Source: Antedon mediterranea (Eukaryota; Animalia; Echinodermata). Taken from it: a stretch of DNA of 64,000 bases. Below the pieces are notes generated by a model. The model searched no databases, was not told the DNA's origin, and worked only from the letters and a program-made list of their open reading frames with translations. The stretch is from contig NC_092678.1 of the NCBI RefSeq assembly GCF_964355755.1, positions 9,918,352 through 9,982,351 on the forward strand, given 5' to 3'. The translations under genes and the position numbers were made by a program. Below, one piece after another: positions 14,901-27,700 of this stretch. The number at the start of each line of letters is the position of its first letter. Position 1 is the stretch's first letter.

Positions 14901-17900
14901 TTTTAACGAAATGTTCAAAATAGTCTAAAACGGTTTCTAATGTGATTTTAAGCACTTTGATGTTTTTGTGTAACCAAGTTTTTTCGGAAATCACAAAATG
15001 GTCTAAAACGTCTCAAAATGCGATTTGAAGCTTTTCTAAGCACTTTGGTGTTTTTATGTTAACAAGTTTTTTCGAAAATCACAAAATGGTCTAAAATTTC
15101 TCAAAATGCGATTGAAGGTATTCTGAGCACTTTGGTGTTTTTGTGTGAAAAGTTTTAACGAAATGCTCAAAATGGTCTAAAACGGTTCTAATGTGATTTT
15201 AAGCACTTTGATGTTTTTGTATAACCAAGTTTCATCGAAATGCTCAAAATGATGTAAAACGTTTTTAAAACGATATTAAGCTATTTTGTGCTCTTTGATG
15301 TTTTTGTGTAACCAAGTTTTTTCGAAAATCACAAAATGGTCTAAAACGTCTCCAAATGCGATTTGAAGCTTTTCTAAGCACTTTGGTGTTTTTATGTTAA
15401 CAAGTTTTTTCGAAAATCACAAAATGGTCTAAAACGTCTCAAAATGCGATTTGAAGGTATTCTGAGCACTTTGGTGTCTTTGTGTGAAAAGTTTTAACGA
15501 AATGCTCAAAATGGTCTAAAACGGTTTCTAATGTGATTTTAACCACTTTGATGTTTTTGTGTAACCAAGTTTTTTCGAAACTCACAAAATGGTCTAAAAC
15601 GTCTCCAAATGCGATTTGAAGCTTTTCTAAGCACTTTGGTGTTTTTATGTTAACAAGTTTTTTCGAAAATCACAAAATGGTCTAAAACGTCTCAAATAGC
15701 GATTTGAAGCTATTCTGTACACTTTGATGTTTTGTGTGAAAAAAGTTTTGTCGAAATGCTCAAAATGGTCTAAAACGTTTTTAAAACGATATTAAGCTAT
15801 TTTATGCTCTTTGATGTTTTTGTGTAACCAAGTTTTTTCGAAAATCACAAAATTGTCTAAAACGTCTCCGAATGCGATTTGAAGCTCTTCTGTACACTTT
15901 GATGTTTTGTGTGAAAAAGTTTTCTCGAAATGCTAAAAATGGTATAAAAACGTTTTCCAATACCATATTAAGCTATTTTGTGCAATTTGATGTTTTTGTG
16001 TAACCAAGTTTTTTCGAAAATCACAAAATTGTCTAAAACGTCTCCGAATGCGATTTGAAGCTCTTCTGTACACTTTGATGTTTTGTGTGAAAAAGTTTTT
16101 TCGAAATGCTAAAAATGGTCTAAAACGTTTTCCAATACCATATTAAGCTATTTTGTGCAATTTGATGTTTTTGTGTAACAAAGTTTTTTCGAAAATCACA
16201 AAATGGTCTAAAACGTCTCCAAATGCGATTTGAAGATATTCTGAGCACTTTGGTGTTTTTATGTTAACAAGTTTTTTCGAAAATCACAAAATGGTCTAAA
16301 ACGTCTCCAAATGCGATTTGAAGATATTCTGAGCACTTTGGTGTTTTTATGTTAAAAAGTTTTTTCGAAAATCACAAAATGGTCTAAAACGTCTCCAAAT
16401 GCGATTTGAAGCTATTCTATACACTTTGATGTTTTGTGTTAAAAAGTTTTGTCGAAATGCTCAAAATGGTTTAAAACGTTTTTAAAACGATATTAAGCTA
16501 TTTTGTGCTCTTTGATGTTTTTGTGTAACCAAGTTTCATCGAAATGAACAAAATGGTCTAAAACGTCTCCAAATGCGATTTGAAGCTTTTCCAAGCACTT
16601 TGCTGTTTTTATGTTAACAAGTTTTTTCGAAAATCACAAAATTGTCTAAAACGTCTCAAAATGCGATTTGAAGGTATTCTGAGCACTTTGGTGTTTTTGT
16701 GTGAAAAGTTTTAACGAAAAGCTCAAAATGGTCTAAAACGGTTCTAATGTGATTTTAAGCACTTTGATGTTTTTGTACAACCAAGTTTCATCGAAATGCT
16801 CAAAATGGTCTAAAACGTTTTTAAAACGATATTAAGCTATTTTGTGCTCTTTGATGTTTTTGCGTTACCAAGTTTTTTCGAAAATCACAAAATGGTCTAA
16901 AACGTCTCCAAATGCGATTTGAAGCTTTTCTAAGCACTTTGGTGTTTTTATGTTAACAAGTTTTTTCGAAAATCACAAAATGGTCTAAAACGTCTCAAAA
17001 TGCGATTTGAAGGTATTCTGAGCACTTTGGTGTTTTTGTGTGAAAAGTTTTAACGAAATGCTCAAAATGGTCTAAAACGGTTTCTAATTTGATTTTAACC
17101 ACTTTGATGTTTTTGTGTAACCAAGTTCTTTTCGAAAATCACAAAATGGTCTAAAACGTCTCCAAATGCGATTTGAAGCTTTTCTAAGCACTTTGGTGTT
17201 TTTATGTTAACAAGTTTTTTCGAAAATCACAAAATGGTCTAAAACGTCTCAAAATGCGATTTGAAGGTATTCTGAGCACTTTGGTGTTTTTGTGTGAAAA
17301 GTTTTAACGAAATGCTCAAAATGGTCTAAAACGGTTTCTAATGTTATTTTAACAACTTTGATGTTTTTGTGTAACCAAGTTTTTTCGAAAATCACAAAAT
17401 GGTCTAAAACGTCTCCAAATGCGATTTGAAGCTTTTCTAAGCACTTTGGTGTTTTTATGTTAACAAGTTTTTTCGAAAATCACAAAATGGTCTAAAACGT
17501 CTCCAAATGCGATTTGAAGATATTCTGAGCACTTTGGTGTTTTTCTGTTAAAAAGTATTTTCGAAAATCACAAAATGGTCTAAAACGTCTCCAAATGCAA
17601 TTTGAAGCTATTCTGTACACTTTGATGTTTTGTGTGAAAAAGTTTTGTCAAAATGCTCAAAATGGTCTAAAACGTTTTTAAAACGATATTAAGCTATTTT
17701 GTGCTCTTTGATGTTTTTGTATAACCAAGTTTTTTCGAAAATCACAAAATGGTCTAAAACGTCTCCAAATGCGATTTGAAGCTTTTCTAAACACTTTGGT
17801 GTTTTTATGTTAACAAGTTTTTTCGAAAATCACAAAATGGTCTAAAACGTCTCCAAATCCGATTTGAAGCTATTCTGTACACTTTGATGTTTTGTGTGAA

Positions 17901-20900
17901 AAAGTTTTGTCGAAATGCTCAAAATGGTCTAAAACGTTTTTAAAATGATATTAAGCTATTTTGTGCTCTTTGATGTTTTTGTGTAACCAAGTTTCATCGA
18001 TATGAACAAAATGGTCTAAAACGTCTCAAAATGCGATTTGAAGGTATTCTGAGCACTTTGGTGTTTTTGGGTGAAAAGTTTTAACGAAATGCTCAAAATG
18101 GTCTAAAACGGTTTCTAATGTGATTTTAAGCACTTTGAAGTATTTGTTAAAACAAGTTTCATCGAAATGCACAAAATAGTCTAAAACGTCTCCAAATGCG
18201 ATTTGAAGCTTTTCTAAGCACTTTGGTGTTTTTATGTTAACAAGTTTTTTCGAAAATCACAAAATGGTCTAAAACGTCTCCAAATGCGATTTGAAGATAT
18301 TCTGAGCACTTTGGTGTTTTTATGTTAAAAAGTATTTTCGAAAATCACAAAATGGTCTAAAACGTCTCCAAATGCGATTTGAAGCTCTTCTGTACACTTT
18401 GATGTTTTGTGTGAAAAAGTTTAGTCGAAATGCTCAAAATGGTCTAAAACGTTTTTAAAACGATATTAAGCTATTTTGTGCTCTTTGATGTTTTTGTGTA
18501 ACCAAGTTTCATCGAAAATCACAAAATGGTCTAAAACGTCTCCAAATGCGATTTGAAGCTTTTCCAAGCACTTTGCTGTTTTTATGTTAACAAGTTTTTT
18601 CGAAAATCACAAAATGGTCTAAAACGTCTCAAAATACGATATTAAGCTGTTTTGTGCACTTTGATGATTTGTGTGAAAAGTTTTAACGAAATGCTCAAAA
18701 TGGTCTAAAACGGTTTCTAATGTGATTTTAAGCACTTTGATGTTTTTATGTAGCCAAGTTTTTTCGAAAATCACAAAATGGTCAAAAACGTCTCCAAATG
18801 CGATTTGAAGCTTTTCTAAGCACTTTGGTGTTTTTATGTTAAGAAGTTTTTTCGAAAATCACAAAATGGTCTAAAACGTCTCCAAATGCGATTTGAAGCT
18901 TTTCCAAGCACTTTGCTGTTTTTATGTTAACAATTTTTTTCGAAAATCATAAAATGGTCTAAAACGTCTCAAAATGCGATTTGAAGGTATTCTGAGCACT
19001 TTGGTGTTTTTGTGTGAAAAGTTTTAACGAAATGCTCAAAATGGTCTAAAACGGTTCTAATGTGATTTTAAGCACTTTGATGTTTTTGTATAACCAAGTT
19101 TCATCGAAATGCACAAAATGGTCTAAAACGTCTCCAAATGCGATTTAAAGCTATTCTAGACACTTTGATGTTTTGTGTGAAAAATTTTCTCGAAATGCTC
19201 AAAATGGTCTAAAACGTTTTCCAATACCATATTAAGCTATTTTGTGCAATTTGATGTTTTTGTGTAACCAAGTTTTTTGAAATGCGATTTGAAGATATTC
19301 TGAGGACTTTGGTGTTTTTATGTTAAAAAGTTTTTTGGAAAATCACAAAATGGTCTAAAACGACTCCAAATGCGATTTGAAGCTATCCTGTACACTTTGA
19401 TGTTTTGTGTGAAAAAGTTTTGTCGAAATGCTCAAAATGATCTAAAACGTTTTTAAAACGATATTAAGCTATTTTGTGCTCTTTGATGTTTTTGTGTATC
19501 CAAGTTTCATCGAAATGAACAAAATGGTCTAAAACGTTTTTAAATACGATATTAAGCTGTTTTGTGCACTTTGATGATTTGTGTGAAAAGTTTTAACGAA
19601 ATGCTCAAAATAGTCTAAAACGGTTTCTAATGTGATTTTAAGCACTTTGATGTTTTTGTGTAACCAAGTTTTATCGAAATGAACAAAATGGTCTAAAACG
19701 TCTCCAAATGCGATTTGAAGCTTTTCCAAGCACTTTGCTGTTTTTATATTAAGTTTTTTCGAAAATCACAAAATGGTCTAAAACGTCTCTAAATGCGATT
19801 TGAAGGTATTCTGAGCAATTTGGTGTTTTTGTGTGAAAAGTTTTAACGAAATGCTCAAAATTGTCTAAAACGGTTTCTAATGTGATTTTAAGCACTTTGA
19901 TGTTTTTGTAAAACCAAGTTTCATCGAAATGCACAAAATGGTCTAAAACGTCTCCAAATGCGATTTGAAGCTATTCTGTACACTTTGATGTTTTGTGTGA
20001 AAAAAGTTTTGTCGAAATGCTCAAAATGGTCTAAAACGTTTTTAAAACGATATTAAGCTATTTTGTGCTCTTTGATGTTTTTGTGTAACCAAGTTTTATC
20101 GAAATGAACAAAATGGTCTAAAACGTCTCCAAATGCGATTTGAAGCTTTTCCAAGCACTTTGCTGTTTTTATGTTAACAGGTTTTTTCGAAAATCACAAA
20201 ATGGTCTAAAACGTCTCAAAATGCGATTTGAAGGTATTCTGAGCACTTTGGTGTTTTTGTGTGAAAAGTTTTAACGAAATGCTCAAAATTGTCTAAAACG
20301 GTTTCTAATGTGATTTTAAGCACTTTGATGTTTTTGTAAAACCAAGTTTCATCGAAATGCACAAAATGGTCTAAAATGTCTCCAAATGCGATTTGAAGCT
20401 TTTCCAAGCACTTTGCTGTTTTTATGTTAACAAGCTTTTTCGAAAATCACAAAATGGTCTAAAACGTCTCCAAATGTGATTTGAAGATATTCTGAGCACT
20501 TTGGTGTTTTTATGTTAAAAAGTTTTTTCGATAATCACAAAATGGTCTAAAACGTCTCCAAATGCGATTTGAAGATATTCTGAGCACTTTGGTGTTTTTA
20601 TGTTAAAAAGTTTTTTCGAAAATCACAAAATGGTCTAAAACGTCTCCAAATGCGATTTGAAGCTATTCTGTACACTTTGATGTTTTGTGTGAAAAAGTTT
20701 TGTCGAAATGCTCAAAATGGTTTAAAACGTTTTTAAAACGATATTAAGCTATTTTGTGCTCTTTGATGTTTTTGTATAACCAAGTTTCATCGAAATGCAC
20801 AAAATGGTCTAAAACGTCTCCAAATACGATTTGAAGCTTTTCCAAGCACTTTGCTGTTTTTATGTTAACAAGTTTTTTCGAAAATCACAAAATTGTCTAA

Positions 20901-23519
20901 AACGTCTCAAAATGCGATTTGAAGGTATTCTGAGCACTTTGGTGTTTTTGTGTGAAAAGTTTTAACGAAAAGCTCAAAATGGTCTAAAACGGTTCTAATG
21001 TGATTTTAAGCACTTTGATGTTTTTGTACAACCAAGTTTCATCGAAATGCTCAAAATGGTCTAAAACGTTTTTAAAACGATATTAAGCTATTTTGTGCTC
21101 TTTGATGTTTTTGTGTAACCAAGTTTTTTTCGAAAATCACAAAATGGTCTAAAACGTCTCCAAATGCGATTTGAAGCTTTTCTAAGCACTTTGGTGTTTT
21201 TATGTTAACAAGTTTTTTCGAAAATCGCAAAATGGTCTAAAACGTCTCAAAATGCGATTTGAAGGTATTCTGAGCACTTTGGTGTTTTTGTGTGAAAAGT
21301 TTTAACGAAATGCTCAAAATGGTCTAAAACGGTTTCTAATGTGATTTTAACCACTTTGATGTTTTTGTGTAACCAAGTTCTTTTCGAAAATCACAAAATG
21401 GTCTAAAACGTCTCCAAATGCGATTTGAAGCTTTTCTAAGCACTTTGGTGTTTTTATGTTAACAAGTTTTTTCGAAAATCACAAAATGGTCTAAAACGTC
21501 TCAAAATGCGATTTGAAGGTATTCTGAGCACTTTGGTGTTTTTGTGTGAAAAGTTTTAACGAAATGCTCAAAATGGTCTAAAACGGTTTCTAATGTGATT
21601 TTAACCACTTTGATGTTTTTGTGTAACCAAGTTTTTTCGAAAATCACAAAATGGTCTAAAACGTCTCCAAATGCGATTTGAAGCTTTTCCAAGCACTTTG
21701 CTGTTTTTATGTTAACAAGTTTTTTCGAAAATCACAAAATGGTCTAAAACGTCTCCAAATGCGATTTCAAGGTATTCTGAGCACTTTGGTGTTTTTGTGT
21801 GAAAGGTTTTAACGAAATGCTCAAAATGGTCTAAAACGGTTTCTAATGTGATTTTAAGCACTTTGATGTTTTTGTATAACCAAGTTTCATCGAAATGCTC
21901 AAAATGGTCTAAAACGTCTCCAAATGCGATTTGAAGCTTTTCTAAGCACTTTGCTGTTTTTATGTTAAAAAGTTTTTTCGAAAATCACAAAATGGTCTAA
22001 AACGTCTCCAAATGCGATTTGAAGATATTCTGAGCACTTTGGTGTTTTTATGTTAAAAAGTTTTTTCGAAAATCACAAAATGGTCTAAAACGTCTCCAAA
22101 TGCGATTTGAAGATATTCTGAGCACTTTGGTGTTTTTATGTTAAAAAGTTTTTTCGAAAATCACAAAATGGTCTAAAACGTCTCCAAATGCGATTTGAAG
22201 CTATTCTGTACACTTTGATGTTTTGTGTGAAAAAGTTTTGTCGAAATGCTCAAAATGGTCTAAAACGTTTTTAAAACGATATTAAGCTATTTTGTGCTCT
22301 TTGATGTTTTTGTGTAACCAAGTTTTATCGAAATGAACAAAATGGTCTAAAACGTCTCCAAATGCGATTTGAAGCTTTTCTAAGCACTTTGCTGTTTTTA
22401 TGTTAACAAGTTTTTTCGAAAATCACAAAATGGTCTAAAACGTCTCCAAATGCGATTTGAAGATATTCTGAGCACTTTGGTGTTTTTATGTTAAAAAGTT
22501 TTTTCGAAAATCACAAAATGGTCTAAAACGTCTCCAAATGCGATTTGAAGCTATTCTATACACTTTGATGTTTTGTGTTAAAAAGTTTTCTCGAAATGCT
22601 CAAAATGGTCTAAAACGTTTTCCAATTCCATATTAAGCTATTTTGTGCAATTTGATGTTTTTGTGTATCCAAGTTTCATCGAAATGAACAAAATGGTCTA
22701 AAACGTTTTTAAATACGATATTAAGCTGTTTTGTGCACTTTGATGATTTGTGTGAAAAGTTTTAACGAAATGCTCAAAATAGTCTAAAACGGTTTCTAAT
22801 GTGATTTTAAGCACTTTGATGTTTTTGTGTAACCAAGTTTTTTCGGAAATCACAAAATGGTCTAAAACGTCTCCAAATGCGATTTGAAGCTTTTCTAAGC
22901 ACTTTGGTGTTTTTATGTTAACAAGTTTTTTCGAAAATCACAAAATGGTCTAAAACGTCTCAAAATGCGATTTGAAGGTAATCTGAGCACTTTGGTGTTT
23001 TTGTGTGAAAAGTTTTAACGAAATGCTCAAAATGGTCTAAAACGGTTTCTAATGTGATTTTAACCACTTTGATGTTTTTGTGTAACCAAGTTCTTTTCGA
23101 AAATCACAAAATGGTCTAAAACGTCTCCAAATGCGATTTGAAGCTCTTCTGTACACTTTGATGTTTTGTGTGAAAAAGTTTTGTCGAAATGCTCAAAATG
23201 GTCTAAAACGTTTTTAAATACGAAATTAAGCTGTTTTGTGCACTTTGATGATTTGTGTGAAAAGTTTTAACGAAATGCTCAAAATAGTCTATAACGGTTT
23301 CTAATGTGATTTTAAGCACTTTGATGTTTTTGTGTAACCAAGTTTTTTCGGAAATCACAAAATGGTCTAAAACGTCTCCAAATGCGATTTGAAGCTTTTC
23401 TAAGCACTTTGGTGTTTTTATGTTAACAAGTTTTTTCGAAAATCACAAAATTGTCTAAAACGTCTCAAAATGCGATTTGAAGGTATTCTGAGCACTTTGG
23501 TGTTTTTGTGTGAAAAAAG

Positions 23520-24720
23520 TTTTGTCGAAATGCTCAAAATGGTCTAAAACGTTTTTAAAACGATATTAAGCTATTTTGTGCTCTTTGATGTTTTTGTGTA
23601 ACCAAGTTTTATCGAAATGAACAAAATGGTCTAAAACGTCTCCAAATGCGATTTGAAGCTTTTCCAAGCACTTTGCTGTTTTTATATTAAGTTTTTTCGA
23701 AAATCACAAAATGGTCTAAAACGTCTCTAAATGCGATTTGAAGGTATTCTGAGCAATTTGGTGTTTTTGTGTGAAAAGTTTTAACGAAATGCTCAAAATT
23801 GTCTAAAACGGTTTCTAATGTGATTTTAAGCACTTTGATGTTTTTGTAAAACCAAGTTTCATCGAAATGCACAAAATGGTCTAAAACGTCTCCAAATGCG
23901 ATTTGAAGCTATTCTGTACACTTTGATGTTTTGTGTGAAAAAAGTTTTGTCGAAATGCTCAAAATGGTCTAAAACGTTTTTAAAACGATATTAAGCTATT
24001 TTGTGCTCTTTGATGTTTTTGTGTAACCAAGTTTTATCGAAATGAACAAAATGGTCTAAAACGTCTCCAAATGCGATTTGAAGCTTTTCCAAGCACTTTG
24101 CTGTTTTTATATTAAGTTTTTTCGAAAATCACAAAATGGTCTAAAACGTCTCTAAATGCGATTTGAAGGTATTCTGAGCAATTTGGTGTTTTTGTGTGAA
24201 AAGTTTTAACGAAATGCTCAAAATTGTCTAAAACGGTTTCTAATGGGATTTTAAGCACTTTGATGTTTTTGTAAAACCAAGTTTCATCGAAATGCACAAA
24301 ATGGTCTAAAACGTCTCCAAATGCGATTTGAAGCTATTCTGTACACTTTGATGTTTTGTGTGAAAAAAGTTTTGTCGAAATGCTCAAAATGGTCTAAAAC
24401 GTTTTTAAAACGATATTAAGCTATTTTGTGCTCTTTGATGTTTTTGTGTAACCAAGTTTTATCGAAATGAACAAAATGGTCTAAAACGTCTCCAAATGCG
24501 ATTTGAAGCTTTTCCAAGCACTTTGCTGTTTTTATGTTAACAGGTTTTTTCGAAAATCACAAAATGGTCTAAAACGTCTCAAAATGCGATTTGAAGGTAT
24601 TCTGAGCACTTTGGTGTTTTTGTGTGAAAAGTTTTAACGAAATGCTCAAAATTGTCTAAAACGGTTTCTAATGTGATTTTAAGCACTTTGATGTTTTTGT
24701 AAAACCAAGTTTCATCGAAA
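23520..24720. repeat. 425-bp five-monomer higher-order repeat nested in the 3,797-bp unit
   Basis: Near-identical ORF-track entries are 425 bp apart (23687/24112, 27484/27909, 31281/31706, 49224/49649, 53022/53447) and share the variants TTTATATTAAG and GAGCAATTTG. Confidence 0.85.
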
Positions 24721-27700
24721 TGCACAAAATGGTCTAAAATGTCTCCAAATGCGATTTGAAGCTTTTCCAAGCACTTTGCTGTTTTTATGTTAACAAGCTT
24801 TTTCGAAAATCACAAAATGGTCTAAAACGTCTCCAAATGTGATTTGAAGATATTCTGAGCACTTTGGTGTTTTTATGTTAAAAAGTTTTTTCGAAAATCA
24901 CAAAATGGTCTAAAACGTCTCCAAATGCGATTTGAAGATATTCTGAGCACTTTGGTGTTTTTATGTTAAAAAGTTTTTTCGAAAATCACAAAATGGTCTA
25001 AAACGTCTCCAAATGCGATTTGAAGCTATTCTGTACACTTTGATGTTTTGTGTGAAAAAGTTTTGTCGAAATGCTCAAAATGGTTTAAAACGTTTTTAAA
25101 ACGATATTAAGCTATTTTGTGCTCTTTGATGTTTTTGTATAACCAAGTTTCATCGAAATGCACAAAATGGTCTAAAACGTCTCCAAATACGATTTGAAGC
25201 TTTTCTAAGCACTTTATGCGATTTGAAGATATTCTGAGCACTTTGGTGTTTTTATGTTAAAAAGTTTTTTCGAAAATCACAAAATGGTCTAAAACGTCTC
25301 CAAATGCGATTTGAAGATATTCTGAGCACTTTGGTGTTTTTATGTTAAAAAGTTTTTTCGAAAATCACAAAATGGTCTAAAACGTCTCCAAATGCGATTT
25401 GAAGCTATTCTGTACACTTTGATGTTTTGTGTGAAAAAGTTTTGTCGAAATGCTCAAAATGGTCTAAAACGTTTTTAAAACGATATAAAGCTATTTTGTG
25501 CTCTTTGAGGTTTTTGTGTAACCAAGTTTTTTCGAAAATCACAAAATGGTCTAAAACGTCTCCAAATGCGATTTGAAGCTTTTCTAAGCACTTTGGTGTT
25601 TTTATGTTAACAAGTTTTTTCGAAAATCACAAAATGGTCTAAAACGTTTTAAAATGCGATTTGAAGGTATTCTGAGCACTTTGGTGTTTTTGTGTGAAAA
25701 GTTTTAACGAAATGCTCAAAATGGTCTAAAACGGTTTCTAATGTGATTTTAACCACTTTGATGTTTTTGTGTAACCAAGTTTTTTCGAAAATCACAAAAT
25801 GGTCTAAAACGTCTCCAAATGCGATTTGAAGCTTTTCTAAGCACTTTGGTGTTTTTATGTTAACAAGTTTTTTCGAAAATCACAAAATGGTCTAAAACGT
25901 CTCCAAATGCGATTTGAAGCTATTCTGTACACTTTGATGTTTTGTGTGAAAAAAGTTTTGTCGAAATGCTTAAAATGGTCTAAAACGTTTTTAAAACGAT
26001 ATTAAGCTATTTTGTGCTCTTTGATGTTTTTGTGTAACCAAGTTTTATCGAAATGAACAAAATGGTCTAAAACGTCTCCAAATGCGATTTGAAGCTTTTC
26101 CAAGCACTTTGCTGTTTTTATGTTAACAGGTTTTTTCGAAAATCACAAAATGGTCTAAAACGTCTCAAAATGCGATTTGAAGGTATTCTGAGCACTTTGG
26201 TGTTTTTGTGTGAAAAGTTTTAACGAAATGCTCAAAATTGTCTAAAACGGTTTCTAATGTGATTTTAAGCACTTTGATGTTTTTGTAAAACCAAGTTTCA
26301 TCGAAATGCACAAAATGGTCTAAAACGTCTCCAAATGCGATTTAAAGCTATTCTAGACACTTTGATGTTTTGTGTGAAAAAGTTTTCTCGAAATGCTCAA
26401 AATGGTCTAAAACGTTTTCCAATTCCATATTAAGCTATTTTGTGCAATTTGATGTTTTTGTGTATCCAAGTTTCATCGAAATGAACAAAATGGTCTAAAA
26501 CGTTTTTAAATACGATATTAAGCTGTTTTGTGCACTTTGATGATTTGTGTGAAAAGTTTTAACGAAATGCTCAAAATAGTCTAAAACGGTTTCTAATGTG
26601 ATTTTAAGCACTTTGATGTTTTTGTGTAACCAAGTTTTTTCGGAAATCACAAAATGGTCTAAAACGTCTCCAAATGCGATTTGAAGCTTTTCTAAGCACT
26701 TTGGTGTTTTTATGTTAACAAGTTTTTTCGAAAATCACAAAATGGTCTAAAACGTCTCAAAATGCGATTTGAAGGTAATCTGAGCACTTTGGTGTTTTTG
26801 TGTGAAAAGTTTTAACGAAATGCTCAAAATGGTCTAAAACGGTTTCTAATGTGATTTTAACCACTTTGATGTTTTTGTGTAACCAAGTTCTTTTCGAAAA
26901 TCACAAAATGGTCTAAAACGTCTCCAAATGCGATTTGAAGCTCTTCTGTACACTTTGATGTTTTGTGTGAAAAAGTTTTGTCGAAATGCTCAAAATGGTC
27001 TAAAACGTTTTTAAATACGAAATTAAGCTGTTTTGTGCACTTTGATGATTTGTGTGAAAAGTTTTAACGAAATGCTCAAAATAGTCTATAACGGTTTCTA
27101 ATGTGATTTTAAGCACTTTGATGTTTTTGTGTAACCAAGTTTTTTCGGAAATCACAAAATGGTCTAAAACGTCTCCAAATGCGATTTGAAGCTTTTCTAA
27201 GCACTTTGGTGTTTTTATGTTAACAAGTTTTTTCGAAAATCACAAAATTGTCTAAAACGTCTCAAAATGCGATTTGAAGGTATTCTGAGCACTTTGGTGT
27301 TTTTGTGTGAAAAAAGTTTTGTCGAAATGCTCAAAATGGTCTAAAACGTTTTTAAAACGATATTAAGCTATTTTGTGCTCTTTGATGTTTTTGTGTAACC
27401 AAGTTTTATCGAAATGAACAAAATGGTCTAAAACGTCTCCAAATGCGATTTGAAGCTTTTCCAAGCACTTTGCTGTTTTTATATTAAGTTTTTTCGAAAA
27501 TCACAAAATGGTCTAAAACGTCTCTAAATGCGATTTGAAGGTATTCTGAGCAATTTGGTGTTTTTGTGTGAAAAGTTTTAACGAAATGCTCAAAATTGTC
27601 TAAAACGGTTTCTAATGTGATTTTAAGCACTTTGATGTTTTTGTAAAACCAAGTTTCATCGAAATGCACAAAATGGTCTAAAACGTCTCCAAATGCGATT

